Below the pieces are notes generated by a model. That model made no database searches, was not told where the DNA came from, and saw only the letters and a list, made by a program, of their open reading frames with translations. The translations under genes and the position numbers were made by a program. A stretch of DNA of 64,000 nt. It comes from Promethearchaeia archaeon (GTDB taxonomy: Archaea; Asgardarchaeota; Lokiarchaeia; Sigyniarchaeales; SOKP01). Shown piece after piece: positions 9,551 through 19,357 of this stretch. Numbering within the stretch: the stretch's first letter is position 1; each line of letters starts with the position of its first letter. The DNA lies in contig JAHQWG010000016.1 in assembly GCA_029856045.1 (NCBI GenBank), forward strand, positions 500,328 through 564,327. The letters run 5' to 3'.

Positions 9551-12500
9551 ATGGGAAAAAAAATTAATATTGATAGAAAAATCCCAAAAATTACACTTAT
9601 TTCAGCTAGTATTTTTATGAAACATATAACTGATGGTATTCAAGAAATCTATAATGAATTAGGCAAAATTTTTGAATTTAAGAGTTATTTTTTAAATGAT
9701 GTAGATTCTGGAAAAGTCAAAAAAGAAGACTTTATCAAAAAAATCTATGAATCAGAGGTTATGCTTATTGACATTCGTGGAAATTGCCCTACTGTTGAGA
9801 TTTTAGTTGAAACATACGATAAAATGGAAAGAGAAAACCCTGAACTCTTCCAAGAAAAAACTATTGTTGCGCTTGTCGGAGGAAACAGTGAAATAAGGAG
9901 GCTTACTCAAATGGGTCCCTTTTTGGCGCGAAAAATACCTGCTCCTAAAAGCACAGAATATGGAACCGATGAGATACCCGATTTGACTACCGCGGTAAGG
10001 TTTGGGCAAAAAATGACCGAAATGATGAGGTTCTTAGGAAGAATATTGCCAATTAAATCACTTAGGCACGCGCGTTATTGGGTTCTTATGATGAATTATT
10101 GGACTTATGGCTTTGCAGGGATGGCATCAAATCATAAAAATATGATTTTATTTCTTTTAAAACATTATTTAGGACACAAGGATTTAGATGTATCTAAACC
10201 GGCAAAAATTCCATCATATGGAATTTATGATGTTAAAATGAATAAATATTTTGATAAATTAGATGATTACTTAATTGAAAAACCTTTAAACGCGAATAAA
10301 CAAACAATTGGCCTTTTTTATTATGGAGGTCTTTATTTTGAACAATCATTACCTATTGTTGAGGAATTTACTAATTATTTATCAGATTATAATATAATTC
10401 CCGTGTTTTCAGATATTTTGACTAATGTGGAAGCACATGAGAAATTCTTTTTTAAAAAAGGATTAAAAATTGTTAGCCTAATCATAAATCTTCAATATTT
10501 TCAACTAAATGGCGGACCTTTGGGAGGTGATGGCTCAGTTACATTGGAATTATTCAAAAAAATGGATATACCACATTTCAATCCAATTATTCAATTTGAT
10601 ATGTCTTACGAGGAATATCAAAATTCACAAGAAGGAATTATTCCAATTAATCAAATCATTGCGGTGGTAATGCCCGAATTGGACGGACGATTCGAAATGC
10701 TAACAGTTGGATGCATGAAAAATTTAGGTTATTCAGAAGAGATACATTCAGATGTCTTAGAAGTGGCACCATTAACAGAAAATATTAAATTCACAACTGA
10801 AAGAATAAGAAAATGGCTTAATTTACGAGAAAAATTAAATTCCGAAAAAAAAATTGCAATTATTATCTATAATTACCCCCCAGGAGAAGATAAAATAGGA
10901 AATGCTGCATATTTAGATGTTTCAGAGTCATTGAGAAATTTATTAAACACTTTAAAAAAAGAAGGATATGCTATAGAAAGTTTGCCCGAAGATAAAAACC
11001 TTGCAGAAATTTTTCTCAAAAATGGTTCTGTTAATAGTCCAAAATATACAAGTGTAGATAATTTTAATGGTACACTCTTAAGTAAAGGCAAATATTTAGA
11101 GTATTTTAATAGTTTGTCTAATAAGCTTCAACAAGAAATCATAGAATTTTGGGGTGAACCAATTGGAAAGATCATGGTTGAAAATTCAAGCATAAAATTG
11201 CCAATTACTCAACTTAAAAATATTTATATCTGTTTACAGCCTTCCAGAAGCACTGTTTCAGGTGATCCTAATGATTATCACAATAAAAATTTACCTCCTC
11301 ATCATCAATATCTCGCCTTTTATAGATATATTGAAGATATAATAAAAGCTGACGCGATAATTCACATTGGAACTCATGGAACAGAAGAATTTTTACCAGG
11401 AAAGGAATGTGCTGGAAGCTTTAATGATTATAATCTTAATTTATTAGGGTCCTTACCGAACATATATTATTATCATATAACTAATACAAGCGAATCAGCC
11501 ATTGCGAAAAGAAGGGCAAATGCACTAATAATTAATCATGCAGGACCTTCTTTTAAAAATTCTGATTTATATGAAGATCTTGAAAGACTCGAATCTTTAA
11601 TCGTAGAATATCAAAATCAGTTTTCATTAGGTTCTTCTAGCTCCGTTGAATCAGTTAAATCAGAAAGAATTCGAGATCTAGAAAAAGAAATAGACGAAAT
11701 TGCAAAAGACTTAAATTTAGAATACAGGAGTATTTCAGAGCTTGAAGATCTCTTGTATAGATATAAAATCTCAATAATCCCAATGGGATTGCATGTTTTA
11801 GGAAAAAATTATAATTTGGAAGAAAAGTTCGATTTAATACGAATGATTCTGATAAATTCTGGTGAAATACCTCCTGCTATCGAAAATATTGTTTCAAAAT
11901 TTGGAACTAATGAAAGAGAGCAATCGGAGAATATCAAAGAGTATCTAATGGATATTATTAGAAAATTATCCTTATTTGTTGAGATTAATAAGAATGTAGT
12001 TAAAAAAATTAGTAAGGAATTGGAAACTGAATATGATTTAACTCAAGAAGACCACAATTTAATGATTGAATGGATAGGAAATCTCTTGGATAGAATGGAT
12101 AATTCAATGGAAATGAGTAACATTATCCATGCATTAGAAGGGGGTTATATCGAACCGGGACTTGGAGGAGACCCAATAAGATCACCTCACATTTTTCCAA
12201 CAGGTAGAAATTCTTTTGGCTTTGATCCGCGACTTATACCTAATACAACTGCTTATCGGCGTGGAGGGGAAATCGCTGAAAAATTGATTCAAAATTATAA
12301 AAAAGAAAATAATAAATGGCCTCAAACTGTAAGTGTAGTTTTATGGGCTTTTGAAACCATGAAAACCGGTGGTGAGACAGTCGGGCAAATATTTAATTAC
12401 TTAGGCGTGAGAGCTGTTAAAAATAAATCAATTTGGACTACTGAACTCGAGGTAATACCGCTTGAAGAATTGAATCATCCTCGAATTAACGTTATAACAA

Positions 12501-13372
12501 CTATTTGTGGCATCTTTCGAGACACATTCCCATACATTTTAGATTTAATAAATCATGCAGTTGAATTGGTTGTTGATTTGGATGAACCTTTAGAGCAAAA
12601 TTATGTAAAGAAATCAGCAATGGAATTAAAAGAGCAAGGTGCTGAAAATCCAGAAGCAAGAGTTTTTGGTCCACCTCCAGGCAAATATAATACAAATTTA
12701 ACTAATATTATTTCTGCTGGTCAATGGGAAAATGAAAAAGAACTAATCGATGATTACCTTAATAATATGAGCTATGCATATATGCGAAATCAAAAAGTAA
12801 AGAGGAGTGTCAAGGCATTTTCTGAAAATATAAGAAAAATAAACCTTATGAGTCAAATTCGGGATTCAAGTGAATATCATATAACGGATTTAGACCATTA
12901 TTATGAATTTACCGGTGGATTAGCCAGAACCTATGAAGAACTAAGTGGTAAAAAGGCTAATATCTATATTGCGGATACCTCCAGTAAAAAAATTAAAGTT
13001 GACGCCATAGAAAAAAGCATAAAAGAAGGGGCAATTACAAGAACTTTAAATCCTCGCTGGATTAAAGGGTTGTTAGTTCATAAATACCATGGAGGACAAA
13101 AAATTGCAGAAAAAGTTGAAAACATATTAGGTTTGGCTGCAACAACACATAGTGTGGATAATTGGATTTGGGATAAATCATATGAACAATACTTCGAAAA
13201 TGAAGAAATACGAGAGGCTTTGATTGAAAATAATAGGTTTGCTATGATGGATATTATAAAAAATATGCTCCAAGCGGACCAAAGAGGTTATTGGGATGCA
13301 CCTGAGGAAAAGATTGATAACCTAAAGAAGCTATTCCTTGAACTAGAAAATTGGGTTGAAATGATGTATTAA
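9551..13372 (+). CDS. Class I chelatase large subunit (ChlH/BchH-CobN family)
   Basis: MPELDG, YNYPPG, HIGTHGTEEFLPGK, AKRR, PMGLH, PTGRN, LNPRWI motifs. Confidence 0.92.
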   Translation: MGKKINIDRKIPKITLISASIFMKHITDGIQEIYNELGKIFEFKSYFLNDVDSGKVKKEDFIKKIYESEVMLIDIRGNCPTVEILVETYDKMERENPELFQEKTIVALVGGNSEIRRLTQMGPFLARKIPAPKSTEYGTDEIPDLTTAVRFGQKMTEMMRFLGRILPIKSLRHARYWVLMMNYWTYGFAGMASNHKNMILFLLKHYLGHKDLDVSKPAKIPSYGIYDVKMNKYFDKLDDYLIEKPLNANKQTIGLFYYGGLYFEQSLPIVEEFTNYLSDYNIIPVFSDILTNVEAHEKFFFKKGLKIVSLIINLQYFQLNGGPLGGDGSVTLELFKKMDIPHFNPIIQFDMSYEEYQNSQEGIIPINQIIAVVMPELDGRFEMLTVGCMKNLGYSEEIHSDVLEVAPLTENIKFTTERIRKWLNLREKLNSEKKIAIIIYNYPPGEDKIGNAAYLDVSESLRNLLNTLKKEGYAIESLPEDKNLAEIFLKNGSVNSPKYTSVDNFNGTLLSKGKYLEYFNSLSNKLQQEIIEFWGEPIGKIMVENSSIKLPITQLKNIYICLQPSRSTVSGDPNDYHNKNLPPHHQYLAFYRYIEDIIKADAIIHIGTHGTEEFLPGKECAGSFNDYNLNLLGSLPNIYYYHITNTSESAIAKRRANALIINHAGPSFKNSDLYEDLERLESLIVEYQNQFSLGSSSSVESVKSERIRDLEKEIDEIAKDLNLEYRSISELEDLLYRYKISIIPMGLHVLGKNYNLEEKFDLIRMILINSGEIPPAIENIVSKFGTNEREQSENIKEYLMDIIRKLSLFVEINKNVVKKISKELETEYDLTQEDHNLMIEWIGNLLDRMDNSMEMSNIIHALEGGYIEPGLGGDPIRSPHIFPTGRNSFGFDPRLIPNTTAYRRGGEIAEKLIQNYKKENNKWPQTVSVVLWAFETMKTGGETVGQIFNYLGVRAVKNKSIWTTELEVIPLEELNHPRINVITTICGIFRDTFPYILDLINHAVELVVDLDEPLEQNYVKKSAMELKEQGAENPEARVFGPPPGKYNTNLTNIISAGQWENEKELIDDYLNNMSYAYMRNQKVKRSVKAFSENIRKINLMSQIRDSSEYHITDLDHYYEFTGGLARTYEELSGKKANIYIADTSSKKIKVDAIEKSIKEGAITRTLNPRWIKGLLVHKYHGGQKIAEKVENILGLAATTHSVDNWIWDKSYEQYFENEEIREALIENNRFAMMDIIKNMLQADQRGYWDAPEEKIDNLKKLFLELENWVEMMY

Positions 13373-13387
13373 GTTAGGAGTAAAAAA

Positions 13388-13729
13388 TTATGTTAATTTT
13401 TTAAAAAGAGCTTGGAATTCTGCTTTTACATTTGATAATCCTAGGGTTCCAAGTAAATGTATAGTCTTTTTATTTAAAGAATAGAAAGAGCGTAGTTCAT
13501 TACGCTTATATTCTTTTCTCTTTTCATTTCTAATGAAGTTCTTTTCTCTTAGTATTTTTAGATGATAATTTAATTTATTTTCTTGGACAGATGATAACAA
13601 TTTTTTTAATTGGCTGAAAGATAAAGATTGTTCACTTGCGAAGAGAGTTAGAAGAATTTTATATCTTGTTTTTTCGGAAATGATTTCTAAATCTTTTCTC
13701 ACATTCTCAAAGTTTTTGGGGGTCTGTAT
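13388..13729 (-). CDS. ArsR-like winged-helix transcriptional regulator
   Basis: TRYKILLTL...LSFSQL...LNYHLKIL. ORF track starts at GTG 13702, but the RBS AGGAGTGA points to ATA at 13729. Confidence 0.8.
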   Translation of the reverse strand: MQTPKNFENVRKDLEIISEKTRYKILLTLFASEQSLSFSQLKKLLSSVQENKLNYHLKILREKNFIRNEKRKEYKRNELRSFYSLNKKTIHLLGTLGLSNVKAEFQALFKKLT

Positions 13730-13876
13730 TTTTTCTCACTCCTATTTAAAGTTATTTTTTTTTTTAATCTAATTAATAAATATTTTAAAATATTATTTTA
13801 ACTACTTAGAAAATTTTTAAAAATTAATTTATCATTCAATTACACTAAATTAAATAATGACAAAGGTAGTTAAAAA

Positions 13877-14686
13877 ATGCCAAAAAAAGTTAAATATATT
13901 GATTTATCAATCCCCATAGCTAATGATACTTTATGTGATCCTCCACTCACGACGCCTAAAATTGAATATGGTGATCATATTAGAGGGGCTGAAGAAATGG
14001 CTTTCGCATTTCCAAAACTGAAACCTGAAGAGCACTTACCCGATGGAAAAGGATGGGTTACCGAATCAATTACTCTATCAACTCATAGCGGATCCCATAT
14101 GGACGCTCCATGGCATTATGCTCCTGTGCAAGATAGAGAGATTGGGGAAAGAAAGGCAATGACAATCGATGAAATTCCATTGGAATGGTGTGTAGGACCT
14201 TTAATTGTTCTTGATTGTACTAATTTTGAAGAAGGTTATGTAATGACATCTGAGGATATAGATCACAAATTAAATCAAATAAATCATAAATTACAGGAAG
14301 GAGATATCCTTTGTGTTCATACTAATGCTCCGAAATATTTCGGGACTAGAGAATATATTAATCATGGAGTAGGCGTTGGAAAAGAAGCAACATTACATAT
14401 TATTAGACAAGGCGTTCACGTAGTTGGAATCGATGCTTGGAGTTGGGACGCTCCGTTTTTGATTACAGCGAAAAAATGGAAGAAATCAGTTAAAGAAAAA
14501 AAACCAAACCCAAGCATTATTTGGGAGGGTCATTTTGCTGGTATCGAATTAGGATACTTCCAAATGGAAAAACTAACAAACTTAGATAAGGTTTCTCCCG
14601 TTGGAGCTACAATTTATTGCTTTCCTATAAAAATAACTGGTGCTAGCGGAGGATGGGTGCGTGCGGTAGCAACATTGCCCCAATAA
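13877..14686 (+). CDS. Cyclase family / kynurenine formamidase-like metal hydrolase
   Basis: HSGSHMDAPWH (HxGxHxDAPxH) motif, EKLTNL, PIKI..ASGGWVRAVA. Confidence 0.9.
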   Translation: MPKKVKYIDLSIPIANDTLCDPPLTTPKIEYGDHIRGAEEMAFAFPKLKPEEHLPDGKGWVTESITLSTHSGSHMDAPWHYAPVQDREIGERKAMTIDEIPLEWCVGPLIVLDCTNFEEGYVMTSEDIDHKLNQINHKLQEGDILCVHTNAPKYFGTREYINHGVGVGKEATLHIIRQGVHVVGIDAWSWDAPFLITAKKWKKSVKEKKPNPSIIWEGHFAGIELGYFQMEKLTNLDKVSPVGATIYCFPIKITGASGGWVRAVATLPQ

Positions 14687-14772
14687 TTCCATAAAAAAAG
14701 TTTTTATATTAATCAAATTTCAAAAAACTTTTGATATATTTTTTAATTCAGTTATTTCATTTTTACTTTAAA
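14472..14772 (+). repeat. Direct repeat A, copy 1 (cyclase 3' end plus trailer)
   Basis: Matches 16941-17241 with 5 mismatches in 301 bp by hand alignment. Confidence 0.95.
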
Positions 14773-14863
14773 CGGAGGTATTTCTTGGTCAATTTCAATA
14801 TCATTTGGATTTTTACTTTTCAATTTCATCTATCACCAGCCAATTTAATAAAAAATTCATGAT
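14759..14863 (-). pseudogene. Duplicated fragment of the junction between the two MaoC genes
   Basis: Matches 18615-18719 with 2 mismatches in 105 bp. Confidence 0.92.
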
Positions 14864-14943
14864 CATTATAATTTGATCACATTTCGAAATTCTGTAATCG
14901 AATAGAATACCCATTATAATGGGAATTAAAAAAAAAAGGGAAA

Positions 14944-15744
14944 TTAAAATTTGGTTTTTTTCTGAAAAATTATAATTCCTAGGATTATGAATATAAGAGT
15001 AAATCCAAAAATAATTAGAACTCCACCCCAGATAGGGATTGGAATTGCCTCGGCAGTATATCCAATCAAGGAGCTACTATATAATTGCTCTTCTAACCCA
15101 TGACCCATCACTGTGATTTGCATATAAACTTGTTTTGCCCAATATGGAGGTGTAAAATAAACTATTGGACTTTCAAATGGCATAAGGGAACCTGAAATGA
15201 AAAGGATTGGTAAATAATACATCAACGAAAAACCATTTGCGATTTGTGGGGTTTTTGAAACGCTAGCGATTATAATACCCATACCAACCGCAGAAATACC
15301 AAATAAAAGCGAAACCAAAAACCCTATCAATAAACCTAACAAATTATTGAAGTAAACTCCAAGAATAACATACCCTAGGACGAACATAATGATTATTTGA
15401 AGCGTCAATGTTATAGATTCAGAGATTAAAGATCCGAGGAAGACATTCTTCCTACCCGTTGGCATTGTATCTAATCTCTCGAGCATACCTGAACTTTTAT
15501 CTGATGCAAATCCAATTGCCGCACTTACGGTTCCAACGCTCGTTGCATATATTATCATCCCAGGAAAACCATAATCAAAGGACGATAAACCATTAGAAAT
15601 TCCTTGACTGCCAAGAATGAAATAGAACAAGAATGTAAACATAATTGGAAATCCGAGGGAAAAAAGGTAATATTCCCAGCGACGGAATGAATCTTTTAAA
15701 TTCTTGATAGCAATAACAATCATCTTTTTATCTAATATATCCAT
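14944..15744 (-). CDS. ABC-2 type exporter permease
   Basis: About 6 TM helices; PG, SGMLERLDTMP and FISGSLMP motifs. Confidence 0.9.
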   Translation of the reverse strand: MDILDKKMIVIAIKNLKDSFRRWEYYLFSLGFPIMFTFLFYFILGSQGISNGLSSFDYGFPGMIIYATSVGTVSAAIGFASDKSSGMLERLDTMPTGRKNVFLGSLISESITLTLQIIIMFVLGYVILGVYFNNLLGLLIGFLVSLLFGISAVGMGIIIASVSKTPQIANGFSLMYYLPILFISGSLMPFESPIVYFTPPYWAKQVYMQITVMGHGLEEQLYSSSLIGYTAEAIPIPIWGGVLIIFGFTLIFIILGIIIFQKKTKF

Positions 15745-16716
15745 TTAATCTCTCAACCTCCTTCCAGTTAAATTTAGAAATACATCTTCGAGAGTGTTTT
15801 GACGGAAATTCATGGTTTCGACATCATTAATATTTTCAACGAGAATTAGTTTTTGGAAAATTTCTATAAAATTCTTCATACCACCCTTAAACGAAATCAA
15901 AAGAGTTCTTTCACCAATTACATTATAATTATTTACGGATGATATATTATCACACTGATTTTTGACGATATTCAAATCCTCTTTCTCAGAAAAAGTAATT
16001 TCTATCACATTTTCACTTCCATGCTTTTCTTTTAACTCAGTTGGTGAACCTTGAGCAATAATTTTCCCGTGATCTATAATTGCAACATGATCACTGAGAG
16101 AATCAGCCTCGATCATGTCGTGTGTCATGAGAACAATTGTAACACCCTTATTCTTTAAATCACGAATAAAATCCCAAACAATTCGCCTTGCTTGAGGATC
16201 TAATCCAGCTGTGGGTTCATCAAGAAAGAGAATTTCAGGTTCATGAACTAGAGCCATTATCAGGTTTAAACGACGTTTCATGCCGCCTGAAAATTTTTTC
16301 GCCCAAATCTTTCGACCACCAATATCCAATTTTTCTAACAAGGTTTTAGCTTTCTCTTTTGCCTTCTTAAAAGGAATATCGTGCATTTGAGCGACGAAAA
16401 TAACATTTTCTTCAGCTGTTAATATGTCATAAATTACAATTTCTTGAGGACAGACGCCAATTAACTTAATAATACTACTTTTCCCTGTTTTAATACTATG
16501 TCCCTTAATTGTTGCATCACCCGATGTTGGTGTCAGAACAGTTGTTAATAGTCGAGCTAATGTTGATTTTCCAGCACCATTTGGACCTAGAATGCTAAAC
16601 AATTCTCCTTTCTGGATATTTAAAGACACACCATCAACTGCTTTAATATCTTTAAAATGCTTTTTGATATTCTGAATTTCAATAACAGTAGATTTTTCAA
16701 TAACAGTATTACTCAT
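15745..16716 (-). CDS. ABC exporter ATP-binding protein (DrrA-like)
   Basis: GPNGAGKST, FSGGMKRR, LFLDEPTAGLDP, TLEDVFL.LTGR.LRD. Confidence 0.93.
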   Translation of the reverse strand: MSNTVIEKSTVIEIQNIKKHFKDIKAVDGVSLNIQKGELFSILGPNGAGKSTLARLLTTVLTPTSGDATIKGHSIKTGKSSIIKLIGVCPQEIVIYDILTAEENVIFVAQMHDIPFKKAKEKAKTLLEKLDIGGRKIWAKKFSGGMKRRLNLIMALVHEPEILFLDEPTAGLDPQARRIVWDFIRDLKNKGVTIVLMTHDMIEADSLSDHVAIIDHGKIIAQGSPTELKEKHGSENVIEITFSEKEDLNIVKNQCDNISSVNNYNVIGERTLLISFKGGMKNFIEIFQKLILVENINDVETMNFRQNTLEDVFLNLTGRRLRD

Positions 16717-16940
16717 ATTATGACATCATATTTTAAAGAAGTGAATTTTAATATATTTAGTATATTCAAGGCTCTCTTTTTATTTTTTATTTTTTACTTT
16801 TTATTTTTTATTTTATTTAACTATTTGTAATAAATTTTTTTAAAACTATATGTAGATTAAGTTTTTAATATTAGATAATTTATTTTCATCATTATTTAAT
16901 TTGAATAGAGTTTTAAATCATAAATTAATCGCTTTCTTAT

Positions 16941-17241
16941 AAAAATGGAAGAAATCAGTTAAAGAAGAAAAACCAAACCCAAGCATTATTTGGGAGGGTC
17001 ATTTTGCTGGTATCGAATTAGGATACTTCCAAATGGAAAAACTAACAAACTTAGACAAGGTTCCTCCCGTTGGAGCTATAATTTATTGCTTTCCTATAAA
17101 AATAACTGGTGCTAGCGGAGGATGGGTGCGTGCGGTAGCAAAATTGCCCCAATAATTCCATAAAAAAAGTTTTTATATTAATCAAATTTCAAAAAACTTT
17201 TGATATATTTTTTAATTCAGTTATTTCATTTTTACTTTAAA
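16941..17241 (+). repeat. Direct repeat A, copy 2; contains a 5'-truncated cyclase remnant (16941-17155)
   Basis: About 98% identical to 14472-14772; encodes only the last ~70 codons of the cyclase. Confidence 0.95.
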
Positions 17242-17482
17242 TACTCAATTAACAATAAAAAAAAAATATCAAGAACCCTTTTGTTTGAGAAGAAAAGACT
17301 TCTTTACAAAATACTTACTTCAAAATGGATATATTTCTTTTGTATTTTAAAAAAAAAGCGTAATAAATTATGTTTAATTTTGAAAAAGCTATAAATACCT
17401 CTTATAATAATTATCTAATTGGTTTAATAAAACTAGAATAACAATAAAAAAGTCCTTAAACATATGTAAAAAGGTTGGAAAA

Positions 17483-18175
17483 TTGAAAAAATATATAAAA
17501 ATTAATCTAACTTTCATTTTAATAATATTCCAATTCTTGTTGGTTTTTTATATACCTGTGAATGCCCAAGTAAATAAATCCTTCTATCCAGTTGCCGATT
17601 CATATGTCAGAGATCATTATCAAGAAAATAATTATGGAAATTTAGATTACCTAATGATTGCCAACTATACAGATAAAATAGCTTTCAGCTTCATTATGTT
17701 TGATCTTTCTGATCTTCCTAATGATGCTTATATAAATTTGGGAACTTTAAAACTAAAATCAAAATATATCGGTCGAGGTCTTATAAAATATGACCTTCTT
17801 TCCCCTAATTCTATTGGAGTTTGCAAATCAGAAAATATTACTTGGATAGAAACTGATATCAATTGGAATAACAAACCTGAGTTCTCCCAAGAAACAATCT
17901 CAATAGATGGTGTTTACAGTCCTGATACTTGGGGAACTTGGAAGATAACCGAAGTTATTATACCAGGGGAAAAATTAACAATAGTATTGAAAGCATATCA
18001 TGAAGAAACTGGTTTTTATTCGAGGGAATCAGATTATTGCCCTGAGTTAGAGATAGAATATCTAGAAAGGGGTTTCATAATTATAGTTCAAATAATAGTA
18101 GCAGTAAGTGCAATTAGTGTAATAATACTCGTAAGTTTTATATATATGCGTCGGAGAAGAAGCAAAAAAAAATAA
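17483..18175 (+). CDS. Secreted, C-terminally anchored DNRLRE/CBM96-like domain protein
   Basis: Signal peptide; PVADSYV...NYG...FIMFDLS...W.E..INWNNKP...FYSRE...PELEI; C-terminal TM helix followed by RRRRSKKK. Confidence 0.75.
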   Translation: MKKYIKINLTFILIIFQFLLVFYIPVNAQVNKSFYPVADSYVRDHYQENNYGNLDYLMIANYTDKIAFSFIMFDLSDLPNDAYINLGTLKLKSKYIGRGLIKYDLLSPNSIGVCKSENITWIETDINWNNKPEFSQETISIDGVYSPDTWGTWKITEVIIPGEKLTIVLKAYHEETGFYSRESDYCPELEIEYLERGFIIIVQIIVAVSAISVIILVSFIYMRRRRSKKK

Positions 18176-18252
18176 ATTCTTATGCTATTTTTACTATTAG
18201 CCAAATTTCTATAAAATTTTTAATATATTTTTTAATTTAGTTATTTCATTTT
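18176..18252 (+). repeat. Third, diverged copy of the intergenic trailer (core ATATATTTTTTAATTYAGTTATTTCATTTT)
   Basis: The 30-bp core at 18223-18252 matches 14734-14763 and 17203-17232 at 29/30; weaker similarity extends back toward the stop codon. Confidence 0.8.
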
Positions 18253-18685
18253 ATCTATTTTTTATAAAAATAAGATTTATAATACCATTCATTACTGTTT
18301 CCCCACTTAATTTTTCAACTAAATACTTGCAGATTATTATCTTTTTATTACCAATATTCTGGATCTCCACAACTTTTCCCTTACAAACTATTTCCTCATC
18401 AATATAAACGGGTTTTCCAAATTGCATGGTAATATTTTTTATTAATTTTATATCAACAACCCAATCAATTATCCACTTGGTTATAAAAGAAAATAAAAAA
18501 TTACCAGCAATAACAATATTATCAAAACCCAATTTTTTAGCATAATTTAAATTAAAATGAAGAGGATTAATCTCATGAATCAATCTATTATACTTTCCGT
18601 ATACTTTTTTTTCAATTTTTGCTTTAAACGGAGGTATTTCTTGGCCAATTTCAATATCATTTGGATTTTTACTTTTCAATTTCAT
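18251..18685 (-). CDS. MaoC family (hot-dog fold) dehydratase
   Basis: EINPLHFN..YAK.LGF..IVIAG, F.KPVYIDE. Confidence 0.85.
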   Translation of the reverse strand: MKLKSKNPNDIEIGQEIPPFKAKIEKKVYGKYNRLIHEINPLHFNLNYAKKLGFDNIVIAGNFLFSFITKWIIDWVVDIKLIKNITMQFGKPVYIDEEIVCKGKVVEIQNIGNKKIIICKYLVEKLSGETVMNGIINLIFIKNR

Positions 18686-19185
18686 CTATCACCAGCCAAT
18701 TTAATAAAAAATTCATGATTATCTATCGCATAAATTGTATCATTCTCGCCTAAAACAGATGTTTTAAAAATAACAGAATAATAAGTTCCTTTTTTACCTG
18801 TTTTTTTAACCGGTTCCGTTAAATCAATTTTTACTTTATATTTTTTATTCAATAACATTGGACTATAAAATTCAACTTCCGAACTTGTATGTATAACTCC
18901 AATAGCTAATTTTTGATAAAATTCAGGTCCTATTATAATAAAGAATTGATTTATTGCCCTGTTAGTTATGCTCATAAAATAACCCGGTGGAATTAATCTA
19001 CCTTGATAACCCTTTTTTATTGCTACTGCATCATCTAGGTAAATTGGATTATTATCATCAATCAACTCACAGAATTTATTAATTTCTCTTTCATCTATGT
19101 TAATCTCTTGAGTTCCCATTTCTCTTACTACTTCTTTTATTCGAATCTTAAATTTTTTTACTAATTGAGTTTTACTTCCCGCCAT
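18682..19185 (-). CDS. MaoC_dehydrat_N / hot-dog fold partner subunit
   Basis: DDNNPIYLD..A...GY...IPP, H...EVEFY.P; overlaps the next gene by 4 nt. Confidence 0.85.
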   Translation of the reverse strand: MAGSKTQLVKKFKIRIKEVVREMGTQEINIDEREINKFCELIDDNNPIYLDDAVAIKKGYQGRLIPPGYFMSITNRAINQFFIIIGPEFYQKLAIGVIHTSSEVEFYSPMLLNKKYKVKIDLTEPVKKTGKKGTYYSVIFKTSVLGENDTIYAIDNHEFFIKLAGDR

Positions 19186-19357
19186 TATTTTACTTCTGTT
19201 AAATAATTGGATAATTTAATAAAAGTTAAATTTAGATATTTAAAAAAATTCTTTATCTAACTTATTTGATAAATGGATTCTATAGAATTTTTTTATTTAA
19301 TATTTATACGTTTTTTTCTAAAATATAAATATATAATTAAGAAAAAAGAAAAAAAAT

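Noticed and set aside
16775-16820. (T5-6A)n tract upstream of the ABC ATPase
   Set aside because: Simple low-complexity sequence; no spacers, so not CRISPR.
17200-17394. 64-aa ORF starting in repeat A copy 2
   Set aside because: Low-complexity translation of an AT-rich trailer with no RBS.
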